Shown here: positions 39,451 to 48,971 of the stretch, in pieces
Layout of the letters: every line of letters begins with the position of its first letter
Numbering within the stretch: the first letter of the stretch is position 1
Origin: Candidatus Nomurabacteria bacterium GW2011_GWB1_43_19
GTDB taxonomy: Bacteria; Patescibacteriota; Minisyncoccia; Phycocordibacterales; UBA9973
Assembly (NCBI GenBank): GCA_000999465.1
Contig: LCGB01000001.1
Span: forward strand, 1 to 57,214
Direction: 5' to 3'
DNA length: 57,214 nt
Made by a program: the position numbers and the translations under genes
Notes under the pieces: model-generated
Told to the model about the DNA's origin: nothing
Database searches by the model: none
The model's input: the letters and a program-made list of their open reading frames with translations, nothing else

Positions 39451-41301
39451 ATGATGGATTTTTTCAAAAAATTATTCAAAAAACAAAATGCGGTTTCTGC
39501 GCCGGAAACGCAAACCTCTATCCTGGCGGTTTTGCCGGAAGAAATTTATGAATCCGCTAATCTGGAACTGCAGGATGTCATTGCGCCATCGGCGCTAAGG
39601 ATCGAATCGAAGTCCATCAACCTGGGTGAGAAAATCGCCCGGACTTTTTTTATAATATCTTATCCGCGATTTCTGACCGATAATTGGTTTTCTCCGATAA
39701 TCAATCTGGATAAAGTTTTTGATATCTCAATTTTTATTCATCCGATAGACACCTCGCTGATGCTCCGGCAATTTCAGAAAAAAGTCGCGGAGGTGCAGAG
39801 CCAAATAAATGTACGCGAAGGCAAGGGAATGGTGCGCGACCCGATGCTGGACACCGCCTATCAAGATCTGGAAGGGCTTCGCGACAATTTGATACAAGCG
39901 CAGGAAAAAATGTTTGATGTTGGTGTTTACATTACAATTTACGCGGACAACGAACTGGAGCTTTTCAAAATTGAAAGTGAGATAAAATCAATGCTGGAAT
40001 CAAAACTTATATACATCAAACCGGCGCTTTTTCAGCAAGAAGAAGGGTTTAAAAGCGTTCTCCCGATAAATACGGACTTATTAAATATCCATCAAAAACT
40101 AAACTCGGAACCGCTTTCCAGTATATTCCCGTTCATATCTTTTGACCTGACTTCCAGCCGAGGAATACTTTACGGTATCAATCGGCATAATTCCAGTTTG
40201 GTTATTTTTGACCGATTTTCATTGGAAAATTACAACTCGGTGACCTTTGCCAAGGCGGGCGCCGGGAAATCCTACGCGACAAAATTGGAGATACTAAGGT
40301 CTTTGATGTTTGATGTGGATGTTATTGTGATAGACCCGGAAAAAGAATATGAATTTCTGGCGGAAGCCGTCGGTGGAAGATATTTCAGTATTTCTCTTTC
40401 ATCCGACCACCACATTAACCCTTTTGACTTGCCGATGCCACGCGAGGATGAAACCGCCGAAGATGTTTTGCGTTCAAATATCATTAATCTGGTCGGATTG
40501 TTCAGATTGATGTTGGGTGGCCTAACCCCGGAAGAGGACTCAATGGTTGATCGGGCTATTTCGGAGACATATGCCATAAAAGATATCACTCCGGAATCCG
40601 ACTTTTCAAATATTGAGCCACCGCTCCTTTCCGATTTTGAAATGGTGCTTTCGGGAATGGATGGAAGCGATTCGGTTGTGCAAAGACTGGTAAAATACAC
40701 AAAAGGTTCCTGGGCAACATTCTTAAACCGGCCGTCCAATGTGGATATTAATAAAAAATTCATCGTGTTTTCGGTCCGGGATATGGAAGACGAATTAAAG
40801 CCGGTGGCAATGTATATTATCATGCATTACATCTGGAATGCCATCCGCAAAAATCTGAAAAAGCGTCTGATGGTGGTAGACGAGGCGTGGTGGATGATGA
40901 AGTCCGAGGATACGGCGTCATTTTTGTACTCTATCGCCAAAAGAGGCAGAAAATATTACTTGGGCCTTTCTACTATCACCCAGGACGCGGCTGATTTTTT
41001 GAACTCTCCTTACGGAGTTCCGATTATCACCAACTCCTCCATTCAACTGCTTTTGAAGCAGTCCCCGACCACGATTGATTTGTTGCAAAAAACTTTCAAC
41101 CTCACAGATGAAGAAAAATATCTGCTTTTGGAGTCAAATGTCGGAGAAGGGATATTCTTCGCCGGCTTAAAACATATCGCCATAAAAACCATCGCTTCTT
41201 ACACCGAAGACCAGATCATTACTTCCGATCCTTCTCAGATATTATCCAACAGAAAAGCCAAGGAAGAACATGAAGCGGCCGATATGGCAGGAAAACAATG
41301 A
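39451..41301 (+). CDS. virB4: VirB4-family type IV secretion ATPase
   Basis: 616 aa with Walker A AKAGAGKSYATK, Walker B LMVVDEAWWMM and a C-terminal ITQDAADF motif. Confidence 0.85.
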   Translation: MMDFFKKLFKKQNAVSAPETQTSILAVLPEEIYESANLELQDVIAPSALRIESKSINLGEKIARTFFIISYPRFLTDNWFSPIINLDKVFDISIFIHPIDTSLMLRQFQKKVAEVQSQINVREGKGMVRDPMLDTAYQDLEGLRDNLIQAQEKMFDVGVYITIYADNELELFKIESEIKSMLESKLIYIKPALFQQEEGFKSVLPINTDLLNIHQKLNSEPLSSIFPFISFDLTSSRGILYGINRHNSSLVIFDRFSLENYNSVTFAKAGAGKSYATKLEILRSLMFDVDVIVIDPEKEYEFLAEAVGGRYFSISLSSDHHINPFDLPMPREDETAEDVLRSNIINLVGLFRLMLGGLTPEEDSMVDRAISETYAIKDITPESDFSNIEPPLLSDFEMVLSGMDGSDSVVQRLVKYTKGSWATFLNRPSNVDINKKFIVFSVRDMEDELKPVAMYIIMHYIWNAIRKNLKKRLMVVDEAWWMMKSEDTASFLYSIAKRGRKYYLGLSTITQDAADFLNSPYGVPIITNSSIQLLLKQSPTTIDLLQKTFNLTDEEKYLLLESNVGEGIFFAGLKHIAIKTIASYTEDQIITSDPSQILSNRKAKEEHEAADMAGKQ

Positions 41302-41352
41302 AGCAGGCATTAGATCTAGGCGTTAGACCTTAGTAAATGATATAATTGAAAT

Positions 41353-42339
41353 ATGAGGTTAAAATTTTTATTTATATTTTTAATTACGGGATTTATGGTA
41401 ATGGGAATTATTTTACCGTTAAAGACCAACGCCGCCTCGTCTAGTAGTATTTTAGTGAATATAGCGCCTGAAAATCCGGCTCCAAATGAAAATGTAGACA
41501 TTAATTTGAGTAGTTACGCCTATAATTTGGACAATGTTTTGATATCGTGGTCGGTAGACGGTAAAAATTCTTTGTCGGGGATTGGTAGAAAATCTTTCTT
41601 GATAAACGCCCCGGCCGCCGGCTCGGAAACAAGTGTCGTGGCTATGATTTCTTTGCCGGACGGCGCAGTAGATATAAGAATAATAATAAGGCCCGCTATT
41701 ATGGTGCTACTCTGGCAGGCAAATGACTCGTATGTTCCGCCTTTTTATAGGGGCAAGGCAATGCCGACACCGGACAGTGAAGTGAAAGTGGTGGCTATGC
41801 CGGAAATAAAAAGCGGTTCTACTTTTGTTGATTCAAAAAATATGACTTACGCTTGGAAACAGGATTACAATAATGACCAAGAAGCTTCAGGTTATGGTAA
41901 AAATTCTTTTATTTATATGAATGATTACCTGGACAACTCAAACAACATCTCGGTCACGGCTTCAACCATAGACCAAAAGTATTTCTCGGAGGCAAGTTTG
42001 GATATAGGAACAACCCAGCCAAAGATTTTATTTTACAAAAATGACGCCAATCTGGGAACAATCTGGGAAAAAGCGCTCTCTAACGGACATAAAATAACGG
42101 GTGATGAAATTGTGGAGGCGGTTCCGTATTTTATATCACCAAAAGACATACGGATTCCGATATTAACTTGGAACTGGTTTATTAACGACAGTTTGGTAAA
42201 TATCCTTGGTTCCAGAAAAAATTTGATGCCGCTTAAAATAGAGGCTGGGGTTTCCGGGACAGCAAAAATAAAACTGGAAGTTAATAATACTTACAAGGTT
42301 TTTGAATCGGCCAGCAAGGAAATCAGCGTGGAATTTTAA
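41353..42339 (+). CDS. Secreted hypothetical protein (signal peptide; beta-rich)
   Basis: 328 aa with MRLKFLFIFLITGFMVMGIILPLKTNA, then repetitive beta-strand-like sequence. It is part of the T4SS-like operon. Confidence 0.55.
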   Translation: MRLKFLFIFLITGFMVMGIILPLKTNAASSSSILVNIAPENPAPNENVDINLSSYAYNLDNVLISWSVDGKNSLSGIGRKSFLINAPAAGSETSVVAMISLPDGAVDIRIIIRPAIMVLLWQANDSYVPPFYRGKAMPTPDSEVKVVAMPEIKSGSTFVDSKNMTYAWKQDYNNDQEASGYGKNSFIYMNDYLDNSNNISVTASTIDQKYFSEASLDIGTTQPKILFYKNDANLGTIWEKALSNGHKITGDEIVEAVPYFISPKDIRIPILTWNWFINDSLVNILGSRKNLMPLKIEAGVSGTAKIKLEVNNTYKVFESASKEISVEF

Positions 42340-42349
42340 AATAAAAATA

Positions 42350-43633
42350 ATGAAAAAATATTTTTCTTACATTTTAATACTAATCGCGCTAACGATAGGA
42401 CTGTCGGTTCCAATATTTAGCGTAAATGCACAGTATGCGGGGGCAGGAGTATGTTGGAAATCAGGACTTGTTGTTGACGGAACCCTTGCCCAACCAATGA
42501 ATTCTGTATCAGATTGCAATAGAGTTGGTGGAACTTGGCAAGCTCCGGGAACCTCGGTCCCCCTTCCTCCTAACGGGCCGGCCGCCCCCACAACACCGGC
42601 GCCAACCGAACCACCAAACCCTCCTATGGGCGGGGCATGCCGATGGCACTTGGACAGGTTTCATAGCGAGGGTGAAATTGACACTAGCAACCCCCCGCTT
42701 ACTAAAGAGCAGTGTGATTTGAATTCTCCCCATACTTACTGGGATCCAAGCGCAACGCCGGCACCAAAACCGCCGGCACCACTACCAGGGACACCTATTC
42801 CAATACCATCAGCTCCTCCCTTAACGCCCTATCAGCTCTTGGCCCCACTGCCTTGTGAAAGTGGCCCAGGGTGTGTTGAAAAACAACTTACAACCTTTGA
42901 CACTACGGGTAAAGGTGGGGGAGCTTTGGGCGGATACTTAAACCTAATGATCAAACTCTTCATCGGCATCTGCGCCGTTCTGGCTGTGATAATGATAGTA
43001 ATAGGCGGAATTCAGTATATGACTACCGAACTGATATCAAGCAAGGAAGAGGGTAAGAAAAGAATACTGGGAGCGATTTTTGGACTGCTTTTAGCACTTG
43101 GCGCTTATACGCTTTTGTACACGATTAATCCCAATTTGTTAAAAAGCGATTTGTCAAAATTAATCGATGTAACAGTGGAAGTGGACTTAAATGATAATAT
43201 CGCACAAACATACGACCCAGTAACTAAAAAATACCGGAATGGAGCCGTTTTTGGTGCAAGTTGGGATGCCACCAGAGGGGAGTTTGCTGATTTGGCAGCC
43301 AGTGGCGCAACTATTTACAATTCGCAGTGTACAACAATAGGCCAACAAAATTGCACATCAACCAGGGGGCTTGATCCAAGTGTTTTAAATACGATACACC
43401 AACAATGCCCTGATTGCACACTAATAATCACCGGTGGAACAGAGTTTTGGGCGCATGGCGGCACAACAGGAAGCACTAATCATCAAGTTGGCAATACAAC
43501 AATAGATCTTAGGCTTAACCCTGCTTTAGATGCATATTTATCGGGCGGAAAACCCTTAGTCAAAATGCAAAGATACCAATCACCTGTTGGCTCAGTATTA
43601 TACGAGGGAAATCATTGGCATATCGGCCCATAA
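42350..43633 (+). CDS. Fusion-like protein: signal peptide, Pro-rich spacer, VirB2/TrbC-like TM hairpin, C-terminal LAS/M15-like zinc peptidase
   Basis: ATG at 42350. LMIKLFIGICAVLAVIMIVIGGIQYMT...ILGAIFGLLLALGAYTLLY is pilin-like. STNHQVGNTTIDL and EGNHWHI resemble HxxG..D / HxH of LAS hydrolases. Confidence 0.45.
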   Translation: MKKYFSYILILIALTIGLSVPIFSVNAQYAGAGVCWKSGLVVDGTLAQPMNSVSDCNRVGGTWQAPGTSVPLPPNGPAAPTTPAPTEPPNPPMGGACRWHLDRFHSEGEIDTSNPPLTKEQCDLNSPHTYWDPSATPAPKPPAPLPGTPIPIPSAPPLTPYQLLAPLPCESGPGCVEKQLTTFDTTGKGGGALGGYLNLMIKLFIGICAVLAVIMIVIGGIQYMTTELISSKEEGKKRILGAIFGLLLALGAYTLLYTINPNLLKSDLSKLIDVTVEVDLNDNIAQTYDPVTKKYRNGAVFGASWDATRGEFADLAASGATIYNSQCTTIGQQNCTSTRGLDPSVLNTIHQQCPDCTLIITGGTEFWAHGGTTGSTNHQVGNTTIDLRLNPALDAYLSGGKPLVKMQRYQSPVGSVLYEGNHWHIGP

Positions 43634-43639
43634 TATTTT

Positions 43640-45196
43640 ATGTCAAAAAGAAATTCTACACTTTTAATAATAATCCTGGCTCTAATAATAATCGGGTTTT
43701 TCGGATTTTTATATTTCCAAAAAAGTCCAGCGGCTCCGACGGAAGAAGGTCCGGGCACGAATTTTTTCTCGCAGTTCAACCCGTTTGGAGCAAGCAAACC
43801 GATGCCTTCGCCCGTAACGCCTCCGGTGGACATCTCCGGATATGAACCCGAGCTCGGGTCGGAGATAATAGGTGCAAAATTAATGAAAGTTTCGAGCGTT
43901 CCTGTCGCGGGATTTATAGTATTTCAAAAAGAAAGATTAATAGATGTGCCGATTATTATACCAACAACAACTCCGAGCGCGCCCTACGATTTCGGCAGCA
44001 CTACCCTTAAAAATGGAAGCGTCGGCGGGGCGGTAGAAGAAATTCAAAGGTTTTTAAACGACACGCTTAGTCTGGGCTTGGAGCCCGATGGCGTATTTGA
44101 TACGGAAATAGCTGATGTGATTAAACAATGGCAGAGTGACAACAAACTGGTTGCCGATGGTATCGTCGGCGCAAAAACAAAAGCACAAATGTATTCTTCG
44201 GTGAACCAAAAAATGGAAACGACAAAACCGACTCCGCCCTTGACTGAATTTGTGCCGGCTGTAAGGTATGTTGACAAAGCAACAGGAAATATTTACCAAA
44301 CTTTTACGGACAAAATAGAAGAGAGAAAATTTTCAACAGCGCTAATTCCTAAAGTTTACGAAGCGTTTTTCGGGAGTAAGGGCGAGTTTGTGGTTATGAG
44401 ATATTTAAACGCGGACGGCAGAACAGTTGAGACCTTTGTCGGCAATCTGCCGAAGGAACACTTGGGCGCAGATACGACTCCCGACGAAATAAAAGGTTCC
44501 TTTCTGCCGAAAGACGCAAAAGATGTAAGCGTGTCGGCGAACGCCGAGAGTATCTTCTATCTGTTTAATGTCGGAGATAATATGGTGGGTACCACCCTTA
44601 ACTTGTTAAATAATAAAAAAGTTCAAGTTTTTGATTCACCTTTCGCCGAATGGTTGTCGTGGTGGCCGAACAATAAAATGATTACCTTGACCACCAGACC
44701 CGCGTACGGCATACCGGGATATATGTATGGGGTAGACCCGACGAGCAGCAATAAACATCTGAACAAAATTTTTGGCGGTATAAACGGACTTACCACGCTC
44801 CCAAGTCCCAATGGAAAGTTGGTTCTCTACGGCGATGGCGGTTTGTCACTTAGTGTTTATCACACGGATACAAAGGTTTCGGACTTGTTGGGAACCCGAA
44901 CTCTGCCGGAAAAATGCGTCTGGGACAGAGCAAGTGACGCGGTTTATTGCGCGGTGCCTAAATTTATCGGCGCAGCTCAATATCCGGATATCTGGTATCA
45001 GGGAGAAGTGTCTTTTTCGGACCAACTTTGGAAAGTGGACATAGTGAACGGAAATGCTACCTTGCTTTTGGACCCAATCACAATTACCAACGGAGAAGAA
45101 ATTGACGGCATAAAACTTTCTCTTGATGAAAACGAAAATTATTTATTTTTTGTAAATAAAAAGGACTCCTTCTTGTGGAAACTTAATCTGAAATAA
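43640..45196 (+). CDS. Membrane-anchored protein with a peptidoglycan-binding (PG_binding_1) domain and a beta-propeller-like C-terminus
   Basis: GSVGGAVEEIQRFLNDTLSLGLEPDGVFDTEIADVIKQWQSDNKLVADGIVGAKTKAQM is a classic PG-binding repeat. The C-terminal region is TolB-like and beta-rich. Confidence 0.6.
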   Translation: MSKRNSTLLIIILALIIIGFFGFLYFQKSPAAPTEEGPGTNFFSQFNPFGASKPMPSPVTPPVDISGYEPELGSEIIGAKLMKVSSVPVAGFIVFQKERLIDVPIIIPTTTPSAPYDFGSTTLKNGSVGGAVEEIQRFLNDTLSLGLEPDGVFDTEIADVIKQWQSDNKLVADGIVGAKTKAQMYSSVNQKMETTKPTPPLTEFVPAVRYVDKATGNIYQTFTDKIEERKFSTALIPKVYEAFFGSKGEFVVMRYLNADGRTVETFVGNLPKEHLGADTTPDEIKGSFLPKDAKDVSVSANAESIFYLFNVGDNMVGTTLNLLNNKKVQVFDSPFAEWLSWWPNNKMITLTTRPAYGIPGYMYGVDPTSSNKHLNKIFGGINGLTTLPSPNGKLVLYGDGGLSLSVYHTDTKVSDLLGTRTLPEKCVWDRASDAVYCAVPKFIGAAQYPDIWYQGEVSFSDQLWKVDIVNGNATLLLDPITITNGEEIDGIKLSLDENENYLFFVNKKDSFLWKLNLK

Positions 45197-45209
45197 TAAC
45201 CACCCCTAA

Positions 45210-45279
45210 CCCCTCCTCCACAAGGAGGGGAGGAATTACTGAACCCTCTCCCCCTGCTAAGGGGGAGCGCCCGAAGGGC
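45210..45279. repeat. Triple GC-rich hairpin cluster (intergenic copy of the CCCCTCC/CTCCCCC family)
   Basis: CCCCTCC-TCCACAA-GGAGGGG, CTCCCCC-TGCTAA-GGGGGAG and GCCC-GAA-GGGC, between the convergent T4SS-like operon and jag. Confidence 0.6.
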
Positions 45280-45286
45280 AAGGGGG

Positions 45287-45793
45287 TCAGATTGTTCCCA
45301 CGTATTTAATCACCACCCGGCGAGCATATCCCGTGCCTACTGACTCGGTCTTTAGGTCAATTGCGTCGGATAAAAATTCGTGGATAATCCTGCGTTCAAA
45401 AGCCGACATCGGGTCAACTTCTATGTTGGATTTGAAATATCTCGCCCTTTCCGACATCATGTGAGCCACTGCGCGGATGTTTTCTATGTGTTTCTTTTGA
45501 AAGCCGTTTATGTCAATGAGAAGGCCTAAACCTTGTTGCTGCCGCATGTCGGACCTGGGGGATTCCCCCAAGTCCGACATGCGGGGGGTTTTTGTCTCAA
45601 TAATTCTGCGAACAATGTGGTTTAAGGCTTGCAGGCCTTCGCCGTCCCGTCCCACAAAAAAATGAGGTTCGTTAACTTCCACAGAAACCCATATGTTTTG
45701 AGTTCCGTCTTCGGTAACGGAAATATCATTTAATTTTACCGTGGTTTTTTCAACCAAATCTTTTATTAAATTTTTTATTTCTTCTTTTTCCAT
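45287..45793 (-). CDS. jag: Jag/SpoIIIJ-associated RNA-binding protein (KH + R3H)
   Basis: ATG at 45793 (MEKEEIKNLIKDL), 1 nt after the yidC stop. The C-terminal ERRIIHEFL...GTGYARRVVI is an R3H motif. Confidence 0.8.
   Translation of the reverse strand: MEKEEIKNLIKDLVEKTTVKLNDISVTEDGTQNIWVSVEVNEPHFFVGRDGEGLQALNHIVRRIIETKTPRMSDLGESPRSDMRQQQGLGLLIDINGFQKKHIENIRAVAHMMSERARYFKSNIEVDPMSAFERRIIHEFLSDAIDLKTESVGTGYARRVVIKYVGTI
45542..45584. repeat. GTCGGAC-TGGGGG palindromic element inside jag
   Basis: CCGCATGTCGGACCTGGGGGA-T-TCCCCCAAGTCCGACATGCGG (20/21 arm pairing). It encodes PRMSDLGESPRSDMRQ and shares its core with the xerC element. Confidence 0.8.
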
Positions 45794-45794
45794 G

Positions 45795-46550
45795 TTATTT
45801 TTCCCCGACGCTATAATTTTTAGTAAAGGTCGGGGTCCCGACTTCACGTCGGGACTTAACATAAATCTGTTGTCCCACCATAAAAATGTTACTGGTAATC
45901 CAATAAAGCGCCACGGCACCGGAAATACTGTAAGCGATAAAAGCAACGATAAACGGGAATATATATTTCATTTGCGTATGCATACTTTTGGCAAAAGAGT
46001 CCGAAAAGGAGCCGGTGGAGCCGCTTGGGGTAGGGGCGGGCTTTGGCATAAAGTGGGCCTGTAAATACTGGGACACCCCCGCCAGAATTGCCAAAACCAT
46101 ACTCTTCTGGCTTATATCTATAACCCCCAGGAAAATCATATTTATACTTTCGGGAATATGAATAAAAGAATAGAGAAGCCCGTTTTCAAAACTAAGCCCT
46201 TTGAAGAAAACAAAATACAGAGCAAAAATAATGGGAATTTGGATTAACACCAAGAGGCACCCGGAAAACGGGTTGGTTTTGTGTGTTTTATAAAGTTCAA
46301 AAGTCAGCTTGGCCTGTTCTTCTTTGCTTTTACCGCTTGTCTTTATTTTATTAAGTTCGGGAGCCAGCAGATTCATCTGGGCCTGGCTTTCAATAGATTT
46401 TTGGGAAAGAGGAAAAAGTATGATTTTAACGAGAATGGTGAGAACAATAACCGCGACCCCAACGTCTCCGCCAGGGATAATTGACACCAAAAAGGCCAAG
46501 GCGTTCAATAATGGCTTATATAAAATGGTATCCCAGATGCTTGAAAGCAT
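45795..46550 (-). CDS. yidC: Membrane protein insertase YidC (short Gram-positive type)
   Basis: 251 aa, 5 TM, with conserved ...NPFSGCLLVLIQIPIIFALY... and position upstream of jag. Confidence 0.9.
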   Translation of the reverse strand: MLSSIWDTILYKPLLNALAFLVSIIPGGDVGVAVIVLTILVKIILFPLSQKSIESQAQMNLLAPELNKIKTSGKSKEEQAKLTFELYKTHKTNPFSGCLLVLIQIPIIFALYFVFFKGLSFENGLLYSFIHIPESINMIFLGVIDISQKSMVLAILAGVSQYLQAHFMPKPAPTPSGSTGSFSDSFAKSMHTQMKYIFPFIVAFIAYSISGAVALYWITSNIFMVGQQIYVKSRREVGTPTFTKNYSVGEK

Positions 46551-46649
46551 TGTCCCATTCTACCCCGAAGTAAAATTTTTAGCAAAATTTACCGCCTTAG
46601 GTGTTGGACACCAAGAATTCGGGTGTCCAACACCTGGAATCACCTGAAA

Positions 46650-46871
46650 CTATTTTACCGGATCTATGTGATTCTTTTGCCAAGGGTGGCAACGCAGGAT
46701 GCGTAAGATTCCTAAATAGACACCTTCAAGGACGCCGTATTTTTTTACCGCTTGTTTGGTGTATTCGGAGCAAGTGGGATAAAAAACACAACTGGGCTTT
46801 TTAAAAAAGCTTATTTTTCTCTGGTAGAAATTAATTAATTTTATTAACAATATTTTTAATTTCATTTTCAA
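46650..46871 (-). CDS. yidD: Membrane protein insertion efficiency factor YidD
   Basis: 73 aa with CVFYPTCSEYTKQAVKKYG...LRILRCHPW, the YidD signature. Confidence 0.8.
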   Translation of the reverse strand: MKMKLKILLIKLINFYQRKISFFKKPSCVFYPTCSEYTKQAVKKYGVLEGVYLGILRILRCHPWQKNHIDPVK

Positions 46872-47157
46872 TAATCAAAGCGTCATCCTGATATCTTTTA
46901 AAAACAAAAACTCCAAGCAGTCCGGCAGGGAAGTATTTGATATGTTTTTTTAAAACAGCATATCCGCGCCTCCTTAACGAATTTCTTTTAACGGCCAACT
47001 TGGCTACATCTTTTGGCGCAACGAAGGAAATGCGGGGAGAAATCGGAGTATTGGTCAATATGAACCTAAAAGAAAAGCAGGAAAAATTCAACGTTTTGCC
47101 TTCTTTAAAGATTCTTTCTACGGCTTTTTTATCAACCCTGTTTTTTTTAGAAAGCAT
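46831..47157 (-). CDS. rnpA: Ribonuclease P protein component
   Basis: ATG at 47157 (MLSKKNRVDKKAVERIFKEGK...). 108 aa, basic, 2 nt after the rpmH stop. Confidence 0.8.
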   Translation of the reverse strand: MLSKKNRVDKKAVERIFKEGKTLNFSCFSFRFILTNTPISPRISFVAPKDVAKLAVKRNSLRRRGYAVLKKHIKYFPAGLLGVFVFKRYQDDALIIENEIKNIVNKIN

Positions 47158-47159
47158 AC

Positions 47160-47294
47160 TTAAACGGATAATTTTTTCCTGCCTTTTTGACGCCTTCTCG
47201 CCAGCACATTCCGGCCGGTTTTTGTTTTGGATCTGACTAAAAATCCGTGGGCCTTGGCTCTTTTTCTCTTTTTTGGTTGATATGTTTGCGACAT
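47160..47294 (-). CDS. rpmH: 50S ribosomal protein L34
   Basis: My translation gives [44 protein letters not shown] (44 aa). It is masked in the ORF track by a longer out-of-frame ORF. Confidence 0.9.
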   Translation of the reverse strand: MSQTYQPKKRKRAKAHGFLVRSKTKTGRNVLARRRQKGRKKLSV

Positions 47295-47388
47295 GGTGTG
47301 TAGTATATAACATTATCCACAGTTTATCAACATAGTTAATAAGATTTAAAAGATGTCATTCGGTTTTAAAATAGTATAATAAAAAACC
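47295..47388. promoter_or_regulatory. rpmH-dnaA spacer with a perfect DnaA box (dnaA promoter / part of oriC)
   Basis: TTATCCACA at 47313-47321 followed by the near-box TTTATCAAC. The rpmH<->dnaA arrangement is canonical. Confidence 0.55.
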
Positions 47389-48732
47389 ATGAATACAAAA
47401 CAGCTCTGGAAAAATTGTCTGGTTGAAATAGAAACAGGTATATCAAAAGCAAATTTCAGCACTTGGTTCAAGAATACATCTATCATAAAAGAAGATGCGG
47501 GGATTGTTTATGTCGGGGTCCCAAATGAGTTTGTTCGTGATTGGCTTATAAACAAATATCACAAGCTTATTACCAAAACCCTAACGAACGAATATGAGAA
47601 CATGCGCGCCGTAGAATACGTTATCACTAAAATAGAAAACGCCAATCAACAGGAAATTGTCGTGATAACCGAGACAGCAAACAAAGAATTACCCCTAAAA
47701 GATTTATATATAAACCCGGAAGATAATTTAAATCCAAGATATCATTTTAATTCCTTTATTGTGGGAACTTTTAATGAACTGGCTTATGCCGCGGCCCAAG
47801 CAATAATAGAATCTCCGGGAACTAAATATAACCCGTTCTTTATCTATGGGGGCACCGGACTTGGAAAAACCCATTTGATTCAAGCGGTTGGAAACTCAAT
47901 AAAAGAAAAATATCCCGGTAAAAAGGTGCATTATATGACCCTGGAAAAGTTTGCGACAGATTTTATTAACTCTTTGCAAAATAATAAGGCAAACTCTTTT
48001 AAAGAAAAATATCGCAAATATGATCTTTTAATTATAGACGACATTCAATTTATCGGCAAAATGGAAAAAATCCAGGAAGAACTTTTTCATACATTTAACA
48101 CTTTCCATGAAAACAATAAGCAAATTATTTTTTCTTCCGATAAACATCCCAACTATATTCCGGAACTGGCGGACCGTTTAAAGTCCCGTTTTGCGGCCGG
48201 CATGATTGTGGATATTTCCGAACCGGAATATGAATCGCGCCTGGCGATTTTAAAAGTAAAACTCCGCGAACTTAATGTCGATTTAGCGGAGGATTTGACA
48301 GAGTATGTTGCAGGAGCCGTACAGGGCAATATTCGCGAACTTGAGGGGAGTTTAAATCTGATTGTTTGCCAATATCGCTTGAAAAATAAGCCTTTGGTGT
48401 TGTCGGAGGTAAAGAATTTGTTAAAAAACAATATGCGTCCAAAGAAAAATATGGCAATAAAAGATGTTGTAAAAATAGTGAGCGAATATTATAAACTGGA
48501 AGAGATGTCTGTCTATGAAAAAACTAGAAAAAAAGAAATAGTCAAAGCCAGACAAGTTGTAATGTATCTGCTCCGGGAAGATTTTAATATTTCTTATCCC
48601 TTAATCGGGCAGAAATTAGGCGGAAAGGACCATACAACCGTGATGCATTCGTGTTTAAAAATCAAAACAGACCTAAAAAACGACCCACAACTACTCCAAG
48701 AACTGGAACAAATAAGAATTATGTTTAAGTAG
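47389..48732 (+). CDS. dnaA: Chromosomal replication initiator DnaA
   Basis: 447 aa with GGTGLGKTHL, LLIIDDIQF, and C-terminal HTH DHTTVMHS. Confidence 0.95.
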   Translation: MNTKQLWKNCLVEIETGISKANFSTWFKNTSIIKEDAGIVYVGVPNEFVRDWLINKYHKLITKTLTNEYENMRAVEYVITKIENANQQEIVVITETANKELPLKDLYINPEDNLNPRYHFNSFIVGTFNELAYAAAQAIIESPGTKYNPFFIYGGTGLGKTHLIQAVGNSIKEKYPGKKVHYMTLEKFATDFINSLQNNKANSFKEKYRKYDLLIIDDIQFIGKMEKIQEELFHTFNTFHENNKQIIFSSDKHPNYIPELADRLKSRFAAGMIVDISEPEYESRLAILKVKLRELNVDLAEDLTEYVAGAVQGNIRELEGSLNLIVCQYRLKNKPLVLSEVKNLLKNNMRPKKNMAIKDVVKIVSEYYKLEEMSVYEKTRKKEIVKARQVVMYLLREDFNISYPLIGQKLGGKDHTTVMHSCLKIKTDLKNDPQLLQELEQIRIMFK

Positions 48733-48971
48733 ATGTTAATAAAGGGTTAAAAAACAAGGAATAAATAAAGAAAAAGTTGTTGGTAAAAAGGTATAAAAAA
48801 CAAAGTTTAAATTTTATAAACCATAATAGATAAAATAAAAAAAGTTATTAAGTTTATAAAAAACAAAAACAATAAAAAATAACCATATCAAATAAACTTA
48901 AAAAACTTTATCCACTTATAAACACAACTAATATTATTAATAAATTAAATATAAAAGATATAAACAAATAT
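48733..48971. other. Very AT-rich dnaA-dnaN spacer, candidate oriC unwinding region
   Basis: 239 bp made almost entirely of A/T runs, with the near DnaA box TTATCCACT at 48908-48916. Confidence 0.45.

Noticed and set aside
41376-41392. A third copy of the metK/VirB6 inverted-repeat element at the 41353 gene, based on the 17-mer ATTTTTAATTACGGGAT.
   Set aside because: Only one AT-rich 17-mer matches and no partner arm is present. A chance match of this length in 57 kb of AT-rich DNA is not negligible, so I mention it only as a side note.
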